This document shows, piece after piece, positions 1 to 13,849 of a DNA stretch of 64,000 nucleotides. Numbering within the stretch: the first letter of the stretch is position 1; each line of letters begins with the position of its first letter. Made by a program: the position numbers and the translations under genes. Below the pieces are notes generated by a model, which was given only the letters and a program-made list of their open reading frames with translations, made no database searches and had not been told where the DNA came from. The stretch is from Octopus vulgaris (Eukaryota). The DNA lies in assembly GCA_951406725.2 (NCBI GenBank), contig OX597831.1, positions 49,786,001-49,850,000 of the forward strand, read 5' to 3'.

Positions 1-111
1 AAATCCTCGGGTTGATATCGTCGAGTAAAGCTTTGAAGGTGGTACGGCACCATCATCCCAGTATCGTGACAGAAATAAGTAGCAGAATAAAATCTTATAC
101 ACACAAACACA

Positions 112-186
<75 letters not shown>

Positions 187-211
187 ACACACACAAACAC
201 ACACACACACA

Positions 212-243
<32 letters not shown>

Positions 244-533
244 CAGTGGAATTCGAACAACATGGCCATATACATATGTGTATTATATATATGTATATAC
301 TTATATATAAAGAGAGAAAGAGAAAGAGATTGAGGGAGAGAGAGAGGGGAGGGATACAGAAAGAGAGCGAGTGAGAGAGTGAGAGAGATAGAAGAGATAT
401 ATAACGATTAGAGAAAGAGAGAGAAAGAGAGAGAGAGAAAGAGAGAGAGAGAAAGAGAGAGAGTGAGAGATACATATATACAGGGATATATTTATTCACG
501 TATATAATTTTCACGTATATGCAGGTGTATATA

Positions 534-602
<69 letters not shown>

Positions 603-751
603 AGGGCAAGACCGCTAGGTAGTCGGCCGTATGCTAGAAATAGATCACCAACGATCAAACTACAAAGAATGTTCTCTAGAGGAAAATTCAGCGAAACACC
701 AGAACAATTAGGCGGGCAAGACAGATGAAAATTATATAAAAGAGCAGAATT

Positions 752-831
752 AATCACATACCGGCGGTTTCAACTATTAACAAAAGAATTACTTACATAA
801 TCCAAATGTCCGTAGTTTCGTCAGTGCGATC
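752..831 (-). ncRNA. Type I hammerhead ribozyme
   Basis: Minus strand: gatcgca-CTGACGA-aacta...tagtt-GAAAC-cgccg-GTA-tgtgatt; stem I 7 bp (with G-U), stem II 5 bp, stem III near-palindrome ACCGCCGGT. Confidence 0.8.
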
Positions 832-1282
832 GTTCCGACAAATGTAATTTGAAAAAACTAACCACAGCTTTCTGTGTCAAAACAGACACGTGTTTAGTTT
901 TACCGATTACATTAGGGATAATTTCAAATGTCTTAGTTCTAGCGCGCTAAAAATTCCGAAAGCGAAGAACTGCAGTAAATAATTTACTGCGGTTAGTGCT
1001 GTCTATTATAGAACATATTAATTTCAATATTTAAATAATGAGGGAGATAAATTAATATCAATTTAAAACCAGTAGCCTAGCATACAAAATTCTGAAAAAT
1101 CAGAGAAAATTCTAATACATGTGTATATTCAAAGGCCAAGACCACTAGGTAGTTGGCCGCATGCTAGAAATAGATCACCAACGATCAAACTACAAAGAAT
1201 GTTCTCTAGAGGAAAATTCAGCGAAACACCAGAACAATTAGGCGGGCAAGACAGATGAAAATTATATAAAAAAAACAGAATT

Positions 1283-1362
1283 AATCACATACCGGCGGTT
1301 TCAACTATTAACAAAAGAATTACTTACATAATCCAAATGTCCGTAGTTTCGTCAGTGCGATC
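1283..1362 (-). ncRNA. Type I hammerhead ribozyme (second copy)
   Basis: Same sequence as 752-831. Confidence 0.8.
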
Positions 1363-3158
1363 GTTCCGACAAATGTAATTTGAAAAACTAACCCCAGCTT
1401 TCTGTGCCAAAACAGACATATATTAATATTTGAAGCTTTTTAAACAATGAATCTAAGTTTCACGTCGCCAATTATTCAAATGACAGACGTAGAAATGTAC
1501 CGTGATTAAGCAAAAAAATTCTCATTCATTGAAATTTCATTGGTTAGAAAATGCTCGTTTGAAATCCATCATCCGTTCATTTATTCAACTTTATTCACCG
1601 AACAGTTGATAAGTCCTTGTAAATCCATCTTTTCATAATTTTCTCTATTACGAGTATAAAATTTGTACATACAAGTAAAACAGCTATTAGTTATGAAGTT
1701 TTACTCTTAATGGATATAGAATTGTTTTCTCTTTAATTATGTCCTTGATTCAGTTCGTGTCAAATCCTTATGTGGAAAATAACCTATTTTAGCCTGTAGC
1801 TGGTTGAAAATTTCAGCACAGATAAACGAACAAAATTGAAAATTTTAAAGTAAATTGACATATTGAAGAGCAGTTTAACTGCAAATGAGCTATATTATAG
1901 ATTATATTCCAAGGTAAATCTAATAACTTGTATGTATTACCGACCCTTAGATGAAGTACATTATTTCGAATTTCATAATAGTTTACATTTGTTTCATTTA
2001 TATACAGAAATGCTACCAAATAGTCCGAATTTGCATTACCCCTAATTGTTGTAGGATCGGCAACGAACTCCTCACGATTAAGCAGTCTACAGGATATTAT
2101 ATGAAAATTACAATGCAAATTGGTGCCTAATTTTATCAGATTTTTTGTGTACATTGTAAATTAGATTCTGGAAAGAGTACACATGGAAACCATCCACGTT
2201 AATTTTGATGATAACCTACAGAAGAGAGAACAGGAGATACTTGAATTCATGATTGATAAATACTTACAAAAATTCACGAGTGATACCTGAAAGAATTCAG
2301 TGAAGGAATATTGTGATTAATGCTAGAAAATAATTACTTCTCTATCTGACAATCAATAATTCCTCCAAAACGAAAGGCACAGTTAAGTCATCCTACTTCC
2401 CCAACACTGCATGTTTTCGAAGAAAAATATCTGTATCCAATTAAAGTTTACTTTTGATAACAGGCTTAAGACTTAAGACTTATTTAAAAGGAATCTTGAA
2501 AATCTATCTCCTTGGTCTTCTTGAGTTTTTGAAATAAAATTGCGGAGGAACATAGTAGATTTCACATATTAATCAATAACATTCATGAATAATTTAAGTT
2601 TAGTTTTTAACGAAAAAAAAAAAACATGTTCATTCAGGTCATCCTATTCATTGAGGGAAATGAAATTGTGACAGCTGATCTCAACTATATACCTGCAGCT
2701 ACTAGGATGTTAGATTTAGTGATCTACCACATGCTGAAAGAGACATTTCATTTAATATGACGCGTCATATGTGAGTTGAAGATTGAAATAGAATACAGAT
2801 ACAGTTGGAAGAAATTAAATATTCCTTCGGAGATAAAAATATTCGGAAGACTTGATTAAGTTTTCCTGATACGATCATAGAAAAACGCATCTCAATATTG
2901 ATTAGGAAGAAAATTTTGCATTGAAGAGGAGAACGAATGAAACCATTCTCTTTGTAGTCACTTACAATGCTGGAAGCCAAAATAAAACCAGGATATTTTC
3001 CATTCCTACACCAATTAAGAAATCTGAATGAAATTATTAAAAAGGTATAGATTGACAATAATCGGCAATCGCTACATGATCTAAAGGAAAGTTACTCTTC
3101 TCGTAATATAGGCAGATTTACATACTAAGAAGAATGATGCAGGCAAGGAAATGTAAAG

Positions 3159-3412
3159 TGGAGACGCGTGGCTTAGTGGTTAGGGTGTCAGCATCATGAT
3201 CGTAAGATTGTGGTTTTGATTCCTGGACCGGGCGACGCGTTGAGTACTTGAGCAAAACACTTCATTTCACGTTGCTCCAGTTCACTCAGCTGGCAAAAAT
3301 GAGTAACGCTGCGATGGACAGGCGTCCCGTCCAGCTGGGGAACACATACGCCATAGAAACCGGGAAACCGGACCCATGAGTCTGGCTAGACTTTAAAAGG
3401 GCGCATTTATTT
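3159..3412 (+). mobile_element. tRNA-derived SINE (first member of a SINE dimer)
   Basis: A-box TGGCTTAGTGG, B-box-like GGTTTTGATTCC; 3' tail shared with the adjacent SINE; the dimer is flanked by a 13-bp TSD aggaaatgtaaag (3146-3158, 3725-3737). Confidence 0.85.
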
Positions 3413-3413
3413 T

Positions 3414-3724
3414 GTGGAGGCGCAATGGCCCAGTGGTTAGGAAAGCGGACTCGCGGTCGGAGGATCGCAGTTTCGATTTCCAGACCGGGCGTTGTGCGTG
3501 TTTAATGAGCGAAAACACCTCCACGAATCTCTGGCAGGTGGTGGTGGCGACCCCTGTTGTACTCTTTCGCCTCAACTTTCTCCCACTCTTTCTTCCTGCT
3601 TCTTGAGTAACGCTGCGATAGATTGGCGTCCCGTCCAGCTGGGGGGAACACATACGCCATAGAAACCGGGAGACCGGGCCCATAAGCCTGGCTAGGCTTG
3701 AAAAGGGCGCATAAAAAAATATAT
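3414..3724 (+). mobile_element. tRNA(Arg)-like SINE (group A head; possibly octopus OR type)
   Basis: A-box TGGCCCAGTGG, B-box GTTTCGATTTCC, A-rich end; same head as 13431-13819 and 27721-28029. Confidence 0.85.
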
Positions 3725-4437
3725 AGGAAATGTAAAGAATTGTTAAGATGTATGATGTTATTGAACTAGGTGAATATATGAAAACCAAAAATGGAAAGGT
3801 GCTCAATATTAATCAAATATGAAATGCAAATAAAAAGAATGAAAATTCACTGCATAACGTATGCAGCGCAAATATAACTATATCGGCCAAAATATCAGAT
3901 TTAATACGAAGAGTTAGGGTGGATGCATAAACAACAAATCAAAGAAAAACAATTTGCTCCGAATACTCCGTGTTATGAATATTTAGATATTTGTGCAAAT
4001 TGGAGATTAAGGATGTTTTAATTAAGGGAATAAAACAAATATAATGCAGAAGGCCGTTACAAAATATGTTTTCAATCTCAAATTAAACAGAAAATAAATA
4101 CTGACAATATACCATATATAGTTTCACTGCTTAAATAGTGGGTATAGTGGTTGAAAGTTATAACATTTTTATCATATTATCCGAACTAGGTCACAGCAAC
4201 TTAATAGTTTTTAAAAATATATCTTTAATAGTTTTTACTGTCTTTGAATTTCTGAAATTACTCACACATATTCATATCGTTTATTAAACATGGGTCCAGA
4301 GAAGTACTCAGTACAATCGTATACTGCATTAGTTTATTTTGGCGTGTTTAATGATCCCTTCCTTTGGCGATTCTCTTCCGAGCAGCCACCTTATCAGATA
4401 AACTGGGAAACTCTCTCTCTCTCCCTCTCTCTGTATA

Positions 4438-4477
<40 letters not shown>

Positions 4478-4490
4478 TATATATGATAAA

Positions 4491-4558
<68 letters not shown>

Positions 4559-4559
4559 T

Positions 4560-5188
4560 ATATCTCTAGCTGCCCAGTCCTGGCTAAGAAGGAATATATT
4601 CACAGACATGACAGAGTTGGAACCTACATACATTGGAATAACCTACATACATTATGGAATAACAACAGAAAAAAGATGGTATAAGCACACACCAGAAAAG
4701 GTCACAGAAAACGAGAAAGCAACCATACTCTGGGATATGCCGATACACACAGATAGAGAAATTAAGGCCAACAGACCAGATATAGTTGTCAGAGATCATG
4801 AAGAAAAAAATGCTTTCTAATTGATGTATCAATACCGGCAGATGACAACGTGTCTCTAAAAGAAATGGAGAAACTCTCAAAATACAAAGACCTGGAAATA
4901 GAGGTAACTAGAATGTGGAACCTGAAAACAGAAACAATTCCTATCATAGTAGGTGCATTAGGCATGATAAAAAAATATTCAGACAAATACATAACAAAAA
5001 CACCAGGACTTACAAACACATATAACATACAGAAAATTGCACTACTAGGCACTGCACACATCCTACGCAGAACACTTTCCATACAATAACCATCAGAGCA
5101 TCACAACAAATCACAGCACATACCCAAGGCACACAGAGCTGCGCTCGGTAGTGAAGTGAAAGCACGCTATAAAAATAAAACTACTGAA
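4560..5188 (+). mobile_element. 3' end of an R4/Dong-like non-LTR retrotransposon with restriction-like endonuclease, inserted in (TAA)n
   Basis: WDMPIHTDREIKANRPDIVV..LIDVSIP..KEMEKLSKYKDL..IIVGALG (PD-(D/E)xK type), -1 frameshift in the A-run at ~4805; (TAA)n on both sides. Confidence 0.85.
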
Positions 5189-5377
5189 TGATAATAATAA
5201 TAATAATAATAATAAGAAGAAGAAGAAGAAGAAGAAGAAGAAAAAAAAGAAGAAGAAGAAGAAGAAGAAGAAGAAGAAGAAGAAGAAGAAGAAGAAGAAG
5301 AAGAAAAAGAAGAATATGATTCAATATAATATAAGGTAATATAATATAATATAATGTAATATAATATAATAATATAA

Positions 5378-5790
5378 GTACACGAAGAGCCAGGATCCTG
5401 TTAGTAGTTGACCTCTTTGGTGTTAAACTTGGTAGACCTATAATTGTTGCAGCTGCGGCGGTCAACTTTGCCTTTTCTGAGTGGGATAATTTTGCTCCAT
5501 ATCCAGTGACGCAGTATGAGGCCTCTTCTCTTTTGCAGCAGGCAAACTGATTTTTATTATTTCCCATGGATTCCACAAACAGACTGACTTCCCATCTTTC
5601 AGCTGATTTACCGCCGTACGAACCTTGTCTTCGAACAGCAGATCACAGCTGACTGGACGGTAGGTCACCAGTGATGAAGGCATCGTGGTATTCAGATCTG
5701 TAATAGGCGGGTCCCCCTTATAGAACTCCTTAAAGTATGACACCCAGGTAGTCACCACCTTGGGCTGCTCCACAATCAGAGTCTAAGATT
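5378..5790 (-). pseudogene. RTE-like LINE reverse transcriptase fragment
   Basis: KVRTAVNQLKDGK..PWEIIK and PKRSTTNRILALRVL motifs, with internal deletion. Confidence 0.65.
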
Positions 5791-5953
5791 CTAGAACACC
5801 AAGAGGAAGGCTTCAGCCCCACCTGAGCATAACACTGCTTTCAGGGTCTTAGATTTCAGTCGAAATCTCAACTGGGACACAAGAAACAGCTGTAAGACTG
5901 AATTTTTAGATGTTTGCCTTGCGTTAACGTTTGTTGTCAGCTTTAACAAATAC

Positions 5954-6076
<123 letters not shown>

Positions 6077-7457
6077 CATATATATGAGCATATATATATA
6101 TATTTATATGTATATATATATATATACATATATATACACACACACGCATATATATATATATATACACATATATCTAAGTGTCTCTCTCTCTTTCTCTCTC
6201 TCTCTCACTCTCTCTCTCTCTCTCTACACACATATATATATATATATAATGCTCATTTGTTAAAATGCTTTAGGTTGAACAACTGTATATATATGTAGGT
6301 ATGGTATGTATGTATTTACGTATGCATGTATGTATGTTTGTATATATGAATGTATCTATGTATCTATGAATACATATATCCAAATATGCATGTATGAGCA
6401 TACTCTGAATCGGCGGCTGGTGGGGTGGATATATATATCTTTTCCTGGGATACATATGTGTTGGTGTGTATGCAGAGATGATAGTGTTTGAACGTTTTAG
6501 TACTTATATTCCTGTGGGAGTTCCTGAAAGACGTATGACTAGACGGTATCCGTTCATTACCTTACCGTCTTTTCCTTGCGTGCAGTGAACGGTGGAACAA
6601 GATGCTTTTATGAATTTTTATGCATTGTATGTTATTGTAGGTAGATTTGGTTGCTCTTTCTAGCAGATCACTCATGTAAGTCTTCCCTGGTTCGTTCAAT
6701 TTATCAGTGTGAACAAGAGCTTGTGTGTGGCAGGGGTTTGTGTGTGTTTGTGTATGTTTGTGTGTGAGTGTATGTGTGTGTGTATGAGTGTGTGAGTGTG
6801 CGTGGTTATTTCCATCTGACATCTGTTAACTAAGAAGTTTAACCTTGTTAAAAAATATCCGCAGAGAGTGTTGGGTGTTCGTTAAGCGGAAACTAAGGAT
6901 TGTAATGACATATTTTCTTAACAAGATATGAAAATACCTTTTAACTGCAATACGATATTCAGATCGATATTTATCAATTACTATTCTCACTGCATCACTT
7001 TCTACAGCTGCACTTGAACTGCTGAAGAAGCAATGAAAAAAGAGAGAGACAGAGAAAAAAAAAAAGATTTGCGAATGAATATAAATAAGAATTATAAAAA
7101 GAAATATAAAATAAGCATGAAAAGTAACATCCCCACCATTCCTCGTAAAATGCACTGAATGATTTTTGAAAAGAAAAATATTTGATATTTTAACTTAGAA
7201 ATCTCGTGCTATAAAGTTGAAGGCAATCTTTTGAGATTGCTCGAGTTTGGAAGCATGATTATGGGCGGGAGGTATCAAATGAGCTGTAATTCTGATTGCT
7301 AACATCATTGGCCTCGGTTATTTGCAATCCAAGTGGCTGGTGTGGTAGCTAGACGATAAAATACGGCAATACCTTAGGGTAGAATCTGAGCAGAGCATGG
7401 CGAGCTAATGGAAGATTTAACAAATTTATTGTACAGTACTTCAAATATTTTGTAGTA

Positions 7458-7590
7458 GGCGGCGAATTGACCAAGTTGTTGCGGCATTTGAACAGAATGC
7501 TGCGTAGTATTTAGTTCGAATCTCTCCGTTGTGAGTTCAAACCTCACCGAGATCAACTATGTTTTTCATCCTTCCGAGATCAATAAAACT
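7458..7590 (+). mobile_element. Degenerate group C SINE (Meta-domain-like)
   Basis: Similar to 56955-57186 (ggcggcga...gagttcaaa...tttcatccttcc). Confidence 0.55.
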
Positions 7591-8390
7591 GTACTTGTCC
7601 GAAGCAGACTGGTGGGATTATAAATGAATCAGATGAGATAAGTTGAGATAACAGTCTCAGAATGCGCATTCTGAATTAAAATTCGCTTCCTGTCATCAAA
7701 GAAGAGTAAATTTTCCTTTCAGTAATCCGAAAAATCAATGAAAATATAGTTTGCTTTTCTCGATCGGAACTTCGACAAACCAAAACCGCCACGTCTTATT
7801 GTGTGTCCAATATTAGTCACATTTGTCAGCGGTTATATTTTTCTCTTTCACATATTTATGAATATGTATCATTTCAGTTTTTTTTATGCACATCTTCCTC
7901 CAGGTGGACCAACCCAGGTTGATCAAGCAAAGACACAGGTCTGTGCTTGAATTACCTCTTTTCAGCCATGAAATTTGAGCCTTAATTTGAGAAATGACTA
8001 GCAGTTATTTTTTCTTGGAAAAAATGTGAATCATAGTACAGTAGGTTTAGAAGACGTTAGAACCAACGAAGTGAGTACCGCTGCTTGAACACCTGAGTCA
8101 AATCCTTAAATGAAATATGAGACTAAATAGCATTGATTTTTACTTCACGCTACCGAAGACCTGGAACTTAGGCATGAAATGGGTGGTTTAATTTGACACC
8201 GTGCGGTTAAATATATGCTCATTAGCGTGTATTAAATACATCGTATGTGCATTATTGTTTGTACGTACTTATTACGGAGGAAGAAGGCGGTCGTTTCTTT
8301 TCTGCGCGCTTGTTCGTATGCTTTGGTGTATTTGTGCTTATGTACGTACGTGTATATACACATACATACATACATACATACATACACACA

Positions 8391-8495
<105 letters not shown>

Positions 8496-8510
8496 GAGTT
8501 AGACCGCTAG

Positions 8511-8670
8511 CCACTGCACATTCTTTATTTTCTCTTTCTGTGTTCATTTCTGTGGAAGAGCGTTGGCTCGAAACGTTAAAGACTTTTTCACTTCCCGAGC
8601 GTTATACTAATATATCTGTTTGTTGTCTACACGACCTGTCTTCGTCTTTTGTTTTTTTTGTGTGAATTCT

Positions 8671-8673
<3 letters not shown>
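8511..8673 (+). mobile_element. ~170-bp dispersed repeat carrying a minimal hammerhead-like motif (8546-8581)
   Basis: Homologous to 32970-33152 and 41982-42181; ttt-CTGTGGA-A-gagc gttg gctc-GAAAC-GTT-aaa; flanked by (TA)n. Confidence 0.7.
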
Positions 8674-8740
<67 letters not shown>

Positions 8741-8792
8741 CGGATGAATTTGATCAGATAAAATGCTTAAATAGTATTGACTATTAATTCTG

Positions 8793-9235
8793 CCATGACG
8801 GGAAACCGTTGGGCCAGCGGATTTCCAAGATATAGCTCCTCAGATCATCACAGATACTACTCCATGTTTAACAGTTGGAATAAGGCAGTCGGGATCAAAT
8901 ACTTCTTTTGGCTGTCTCCACACGTATACTCGACCGGTGGTCGGAAATAAGGTAAAGGGTGACTCGACCGAGAAAATAACGTTCTTCCACTGCTCTAAGG
9001 ACCAATTTTGTAGGTTTTTACTTCACTCTTAACGCTTTGCAACGTTTATTTTTGAAAGCAGTGGTTTTCTGATTGCAGCCCTCCCGTGAAATCCGGCTTT
9101 GTGCAGTTCCCGAAGAAGAGTTTTTGTTGAAACTGGGTTCTCGGTGGGGTTATTAAGCTCTGCAGTAATTTGGGGAACTGTACTTTTGTGATCCTTTTTC
9201 ATAATTCGTGTAAGAGTCCGACGGTTCGTATCTAA
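8793..9235 (-). pseudogene. Tc1-family transposase fragment
   Basis: RELHKAGFHGRAAIRKPLL..WSLEQWKNVIFSVES..GRVYVWR..PTVKHG..SVMI, with stops. Confidence 0.8.
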
Positions 9236-9499
9236 AATATCTGGTTCTCTAAGGAAAACTTCTGCAACAACAAACTACTTTAAGAAAAATGGCTCACTCT
9301 TGTAAATAAATTTTCTCAAAATACTGAGAATTGGTCAAAACCTCTCAGATGTAAGCTAACCACCGCCGGCGTCACAAAGCTCTCGAGTTTCTCTAAATGT
9401 AACTTAGTAAACAGAAACAACTGTGAAACGTTCAACTTAGAAACATCTTGAAAACTCAATTCTCAGAAAGAATGTCTACTGATTTTGAAAATGTCTACT

Positions 9500-10392
9500 G
9501 TTTTTGAAACTATCATGAAGCAATTTGTCTTTCTTGACAAGATTAAGAAATGTTAAACGGCTCTAATGTTGAAAGTTATTGACGATGTTTTTGGATAACA
9601 CATGGAATCATGTGATGTTAATTACTTGAATATTAATATCCTCATATACACAGCTGCAATCACTCTCAAAGAATACGTAGGAGATATCTGCAGCATACAC
9701 AGTAATGAATTACTAAACAAAAGTATTCTAGATGGAAAACAGAAATTGAAGACAACGTTAGCGATCTGCGCAGCCATAATCGATGATTAACGAAGATAAG
9801 AAAATGTAAGAGGAATAATGAGTTTACACCTCATCAGTTACGTCTTATGAATAAATTAACAAAACTCTATGGTGGCTCTTCACACCAAGCTCTTGAAGGA
9901 GGTTAATTACTCTACAACTCAAATGAGGGTGTTGAGCGAAAATCTTCGCTACTGCAGGTGAATTACTGGGTGAGCCTGAATAAATCACAAGTATGCTTCT
10001 AACCTACAGACATTATACTGAGAGATGTGGAAGAAAAATATTACCGTCAAGACAGTCCCATCATAAATCTTGAATCATTCTGGCAGAAAATCCGGAACGA
10101 ACAGAGGGATCTCAACCTTAATGCATCGTAGCAGAACATCAACAGTAAAACAAATGTAATTGACCCGGAAATTTCCACTATAGCTGTACGGAGAAGGCAC
10201 CTTTAAGGGACATAATAGTTGCATACTGGTATAAGAGACTGACATTTCATAAGAAATCTAAAATATGCATAAATCATAAGCACTATGGAAAGCCAAATTG
10301 CCATACTGACATTGGTTTGTTATAACAAAGAAAAATCTTGTAGTCAAGAATGAAACCACTGAATTGGCTGAAAACTACAGACCCATAGCTAA
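9500..10392 (+). pseudogene. Decayed non-LTR retrotransposon, RT N-terminal region (R4/NeSL-like)
   Basis: ESFWQKI, VAYWYKRLTFH and KNETTELAENYRPIA motifs; 5' boundary approximate. Confidence 0.55.
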
Positions 10393-10841
10393 TTACTCCG
10401 GATAAGTTTAACCTTACTCGTCGCCCTCCACTTTCTTTTTTCATATTCTTATTTTTTTTCCTTCAGAAGTTTAGACATTTATTCACTCCCATATATTATT
10501 TCTTCCTAAATATTCTTTCGCTTTTCTTCTCTAACTCTGTGCTTTTCACGCATTTCCGATCGAATCTTCTGCATAAAAGAAAGGCTCTGTTAGGGGCTTG
10601 AGGAACCTGAAGTAGCACGGACTCCGAATCAATATGTTTTGAATATCATTGAATATCATACATCTTTTCACCTCTTTACCGATTTTATCGAACCGCACCG
10701 TTACTAGAATGTAAAGAAACACCGGCAATTTAAGCGGTGGTACAGGATAAACACAAGCGCGCACACACACACACACACACACGCACACATATAGACACTA
10801 CACATATACATATACATGTACGTACATATACATATACACAT

Positions 10842-10889
<48 letters not shown>

Positions 10890-10893
10890 GTAC

Positions 10894-11055
10894 ACGACGG
10901 GATTCTTTCTGTTTTCGTCTACCAAATCCACTCTCAAGGCGTTGATCTGCCTAAGGCTATAGTAAAAGAACTGTCAAGATGCCACGCAGTGGAACTGAAC
11001 CCGGCGCTATATAGTTGGGAAGCAAACTTCTTACTACATAGCAACACCTGCGCCT
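10894..11055 (-). mobile_element. Group B SINE, 5' part
   Basis: Reverse complement of the ggcgcagg...tttggtagacg head. Confidence 0.75.
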
Positions 11056-11443
11056 ATCCGTTCACTTTTACTTTTTTTTTTTATAATCTGATGTATATAT
11101 TTCTAGATCTATGGTTCCAATTGTGTAGGAGTGTATGTGACTGCGCTTTATGCCCATTACTTACGCAAGACGTCGATCTCAATATTCTAAAGAAAGAATA
11201 AAAATATTCTATATTCTATGGGTGAAGAATCGGAAAGTCTACGGATTCTACTAAATTCCGGTCATCGGCAATACTAATATAATGTTAACTATTCACTTGA
11301 AGATAACTTCATTTCTAAAGGTCAAAAATAGATAGCAATAACCATGAAAATAATTGTCACAATTCGTGCGAAAAGCTTTATAAAAATATAAATAATAATA
11401 CTTGTGGATAGAGTAGCGTGTACCCCTGTTTGTGTCTGTATGC

Positions 11444-11501
<58 letters not shown>

Positions 11502-11520
11502 GTATATATATATATATGTA

Positions 11521-11610
<90 letters not shown>

Positions 11611-11624
11611 GTATATATATAGAG

Positions 11625-11682
11625 AGATGCATATATATGAATATATGTACACATACATACGATTACTCACCAAACACACACA

Positions 11683-11761
<79 letters not shown>

Positions 11762-11824
11762 GATGCATATATATGAATATATGTACACATACATACGATT
11801 ACTCACCAAACACACACAGTGTGC

Positions 11825-11826
<2 letters not shown>
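11625..11826. repeat. ~136-bp period tandem duplication inside a (TA)n field
   Basis: agatgcatata...ccaaacacacacagtgtgcat at 11625-11690 and 11761-11826. Confidence 0.8.
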
Positions 11827-11882
<56 letters not shown>

Positions 11883-13130
11883 CATGTGTGTCGATATATA
11901 TGTACATACGTATCCATTTATACATACGTATATATATATATACATGTATATATACACATATATATATATTCATATATATATATGCATATATTTATTCATA
12001 TATATATATTTATACATACATACATATCACCTTGAGTGCGTGTACCTTTGCGCATAAGTGTGTAGTTGTTCGTTGCAACCCATTCGATATTTTAAAATAA
12101 TAAAGTCTTTCTTTATCCTTATTTTTTATTCTTGATACTTGATACTTCTGATTCTCATCTCCTATTTGGTATTCTGTAAAGAATACTATTGATTCAAACT
12201 TTGGCAATCCTATCACATAGCTATTTAGGACCTATTTTCAGCTTCACTAATTTCGATGGTTAGTTCTATATTCTGGTTTCTTCCTGTCTACCAATTCTTC
12301 TAGTTTCCTGCTTATCCCGTCTGTCTACCTGTCAGTATGTTTGTATGTGTGCTCGTATGTATGTATGTATATATACGCATTTGTGGGTGTGTATGTATGT
12401 AACTCGCTATCAGGTAATCAATCTATCTATCTGTTCGATTTCACCCTGTTTTGTATTTGTATATACTTGCTCTTTGAGCTGTGAGCGTTTGTGTGTGTAT
12501 GTACGTATATATATATATATATATATATATACATTCATATATATTCATGTACATACATATATATATATAAATATGTATGCATATGTGTGTGTATGTATAT
12601 ATGTATATATATATATGTGTATGTATGTATTTATTTCACACGCAATTCTTTATGTGACCGTGTATATGTGTTTGTGTGTTTGCATTTACACACGTATATA
12701 TTTATAAATACAAGCATGTGTATGTGTGTGTATGTGTGTCTGCGCGTGTGTATGTGTGTGTATATGCATAGATAGGTACGTACGCCCAAATACATGCATG
12801 CCTACATACATGTGTGTGTTTTTGTGTATGCTGCATGCATGTATGTCCGGATGTCTGTACGTACGTATGTATGTATGAATTTCTAAACATACTGGAAACA
12901 GCATGATATATAGGTAAAAATATACAAACGATATACCTAAGACGTCTGCAGGCTCATTCAAATAGCAACAAATTTTCTGTTTGTTTTCGATATTTACTGT
13001 ATTCTAGGCGTATATAGAGTATGATATTTTAATTTATTTTCGTAATTAACCTTGAATTTATCTTAGCTGTATTACAACACACTTTTGGCATTAATGTTCA
13101 CATCATATCCTTAATATAATGACTGAATTA

Positions 13131-13174
<44 letters not shown>

Positions 13175-13211
13175 GTATGTATGTATGTATGTATGTATGT
13201 ATGTATGTATG

Positions 13212-13258
<47 letters not shown>

Positions 13259-13430
13259 TTTAAATTTCAAAGTCAGTTTTAAACGCGTAATGATTTATAA
13301 AAATCTAATTACTTAAGCGGAAAAAATATCAGAAAAGTCATTTCTATTGATTTTACAAATGAGATTTTTCCTAGATAATTATTGTGATTAGTGATTCTAA
13401 AATTACTGACACAACAAATATACTTGAAGT

Positions 13431-13819
13431 GGTGGAAGCACTCCGTCGGTTACGACGACGAGGGTTCCGGTTGATCCGAATCAACGGAACAGCTTGCTCG
13501 TGAAATTAACGTGTAAGTGGCTGAGCACTCCACAGACACCTGTACCCTTAACGTAGTTCTCGGGGATATTCAGCGTGACACAGAGAGTGACAAGGCCGGC
13601 CCTTTGAAATACAGGTACAACAGAAACAGGAAGTAACAGTGAGAGAAAGTTGTGGTGAAAGAGTACAGCAGGGATCACCACCATCCCCTGCCGGAGCCTC
13701 GTGGAGCTTTTTAGGTGTTTTCGCTCAATAAACACTCACAACGCCCGGTCTGGGAATCGAAACCGCGATCCTATGAGCGCGAGTCCGCTGCCCTAACCAC
13801 TGGGCCATTGCGCCTCCAC
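13431..13819 (-). mobile_element. Full-length group A tRNA(Arg)-like SINE with tail type 2
   Basis: A/B boxes on minus strand; 11-bp TSD atacttgaagt (13420-13430, 13820-13830). Confidence 0.9.
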
Positions 13820-13849
13820 ATACTTGAAGTAGAGAACACATAAAAGCAA

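Larger units (their letters stand above)
596..1420 (-). mobile_element. Tandem non-coding repeat (period 530-531 bp, ~1.55 units) with two hammerhead ribozymes; candidate retrozyme/PLE pseudo-LTR
   Basis: 596-888 is repeated almost identically at 1126-1418; abuts a (TA)n tract; no credible ORF. Confidence 0.75.
1900..4090 (+). pseudogene. Highly decayed Penelope-like retroelement (RT + GIY-YIG), interrupted by SINEs
   Basis: Fragmentary translations MLENNYF..FLQ.KGT (~2320-2380) and NYIGQ..DLIRRVR.HKQQIKE..TPC.EYLDICA (~3875-4000); many stops and frameshifts; boundaries approximate. Confidence 0.55.

Noticed and set aside
3160-3235. tRNA genes at SINE heads (also 3415, 13750, 27955, 35201, 57905)
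   Set aside because: A/B boxes present but no complete cloverleaf; each continues into a SINE body
7904-7938. 35-nt micro-exon candidate
   Set aside because: Good acceptor but weak donor (gtctgt) and no other support
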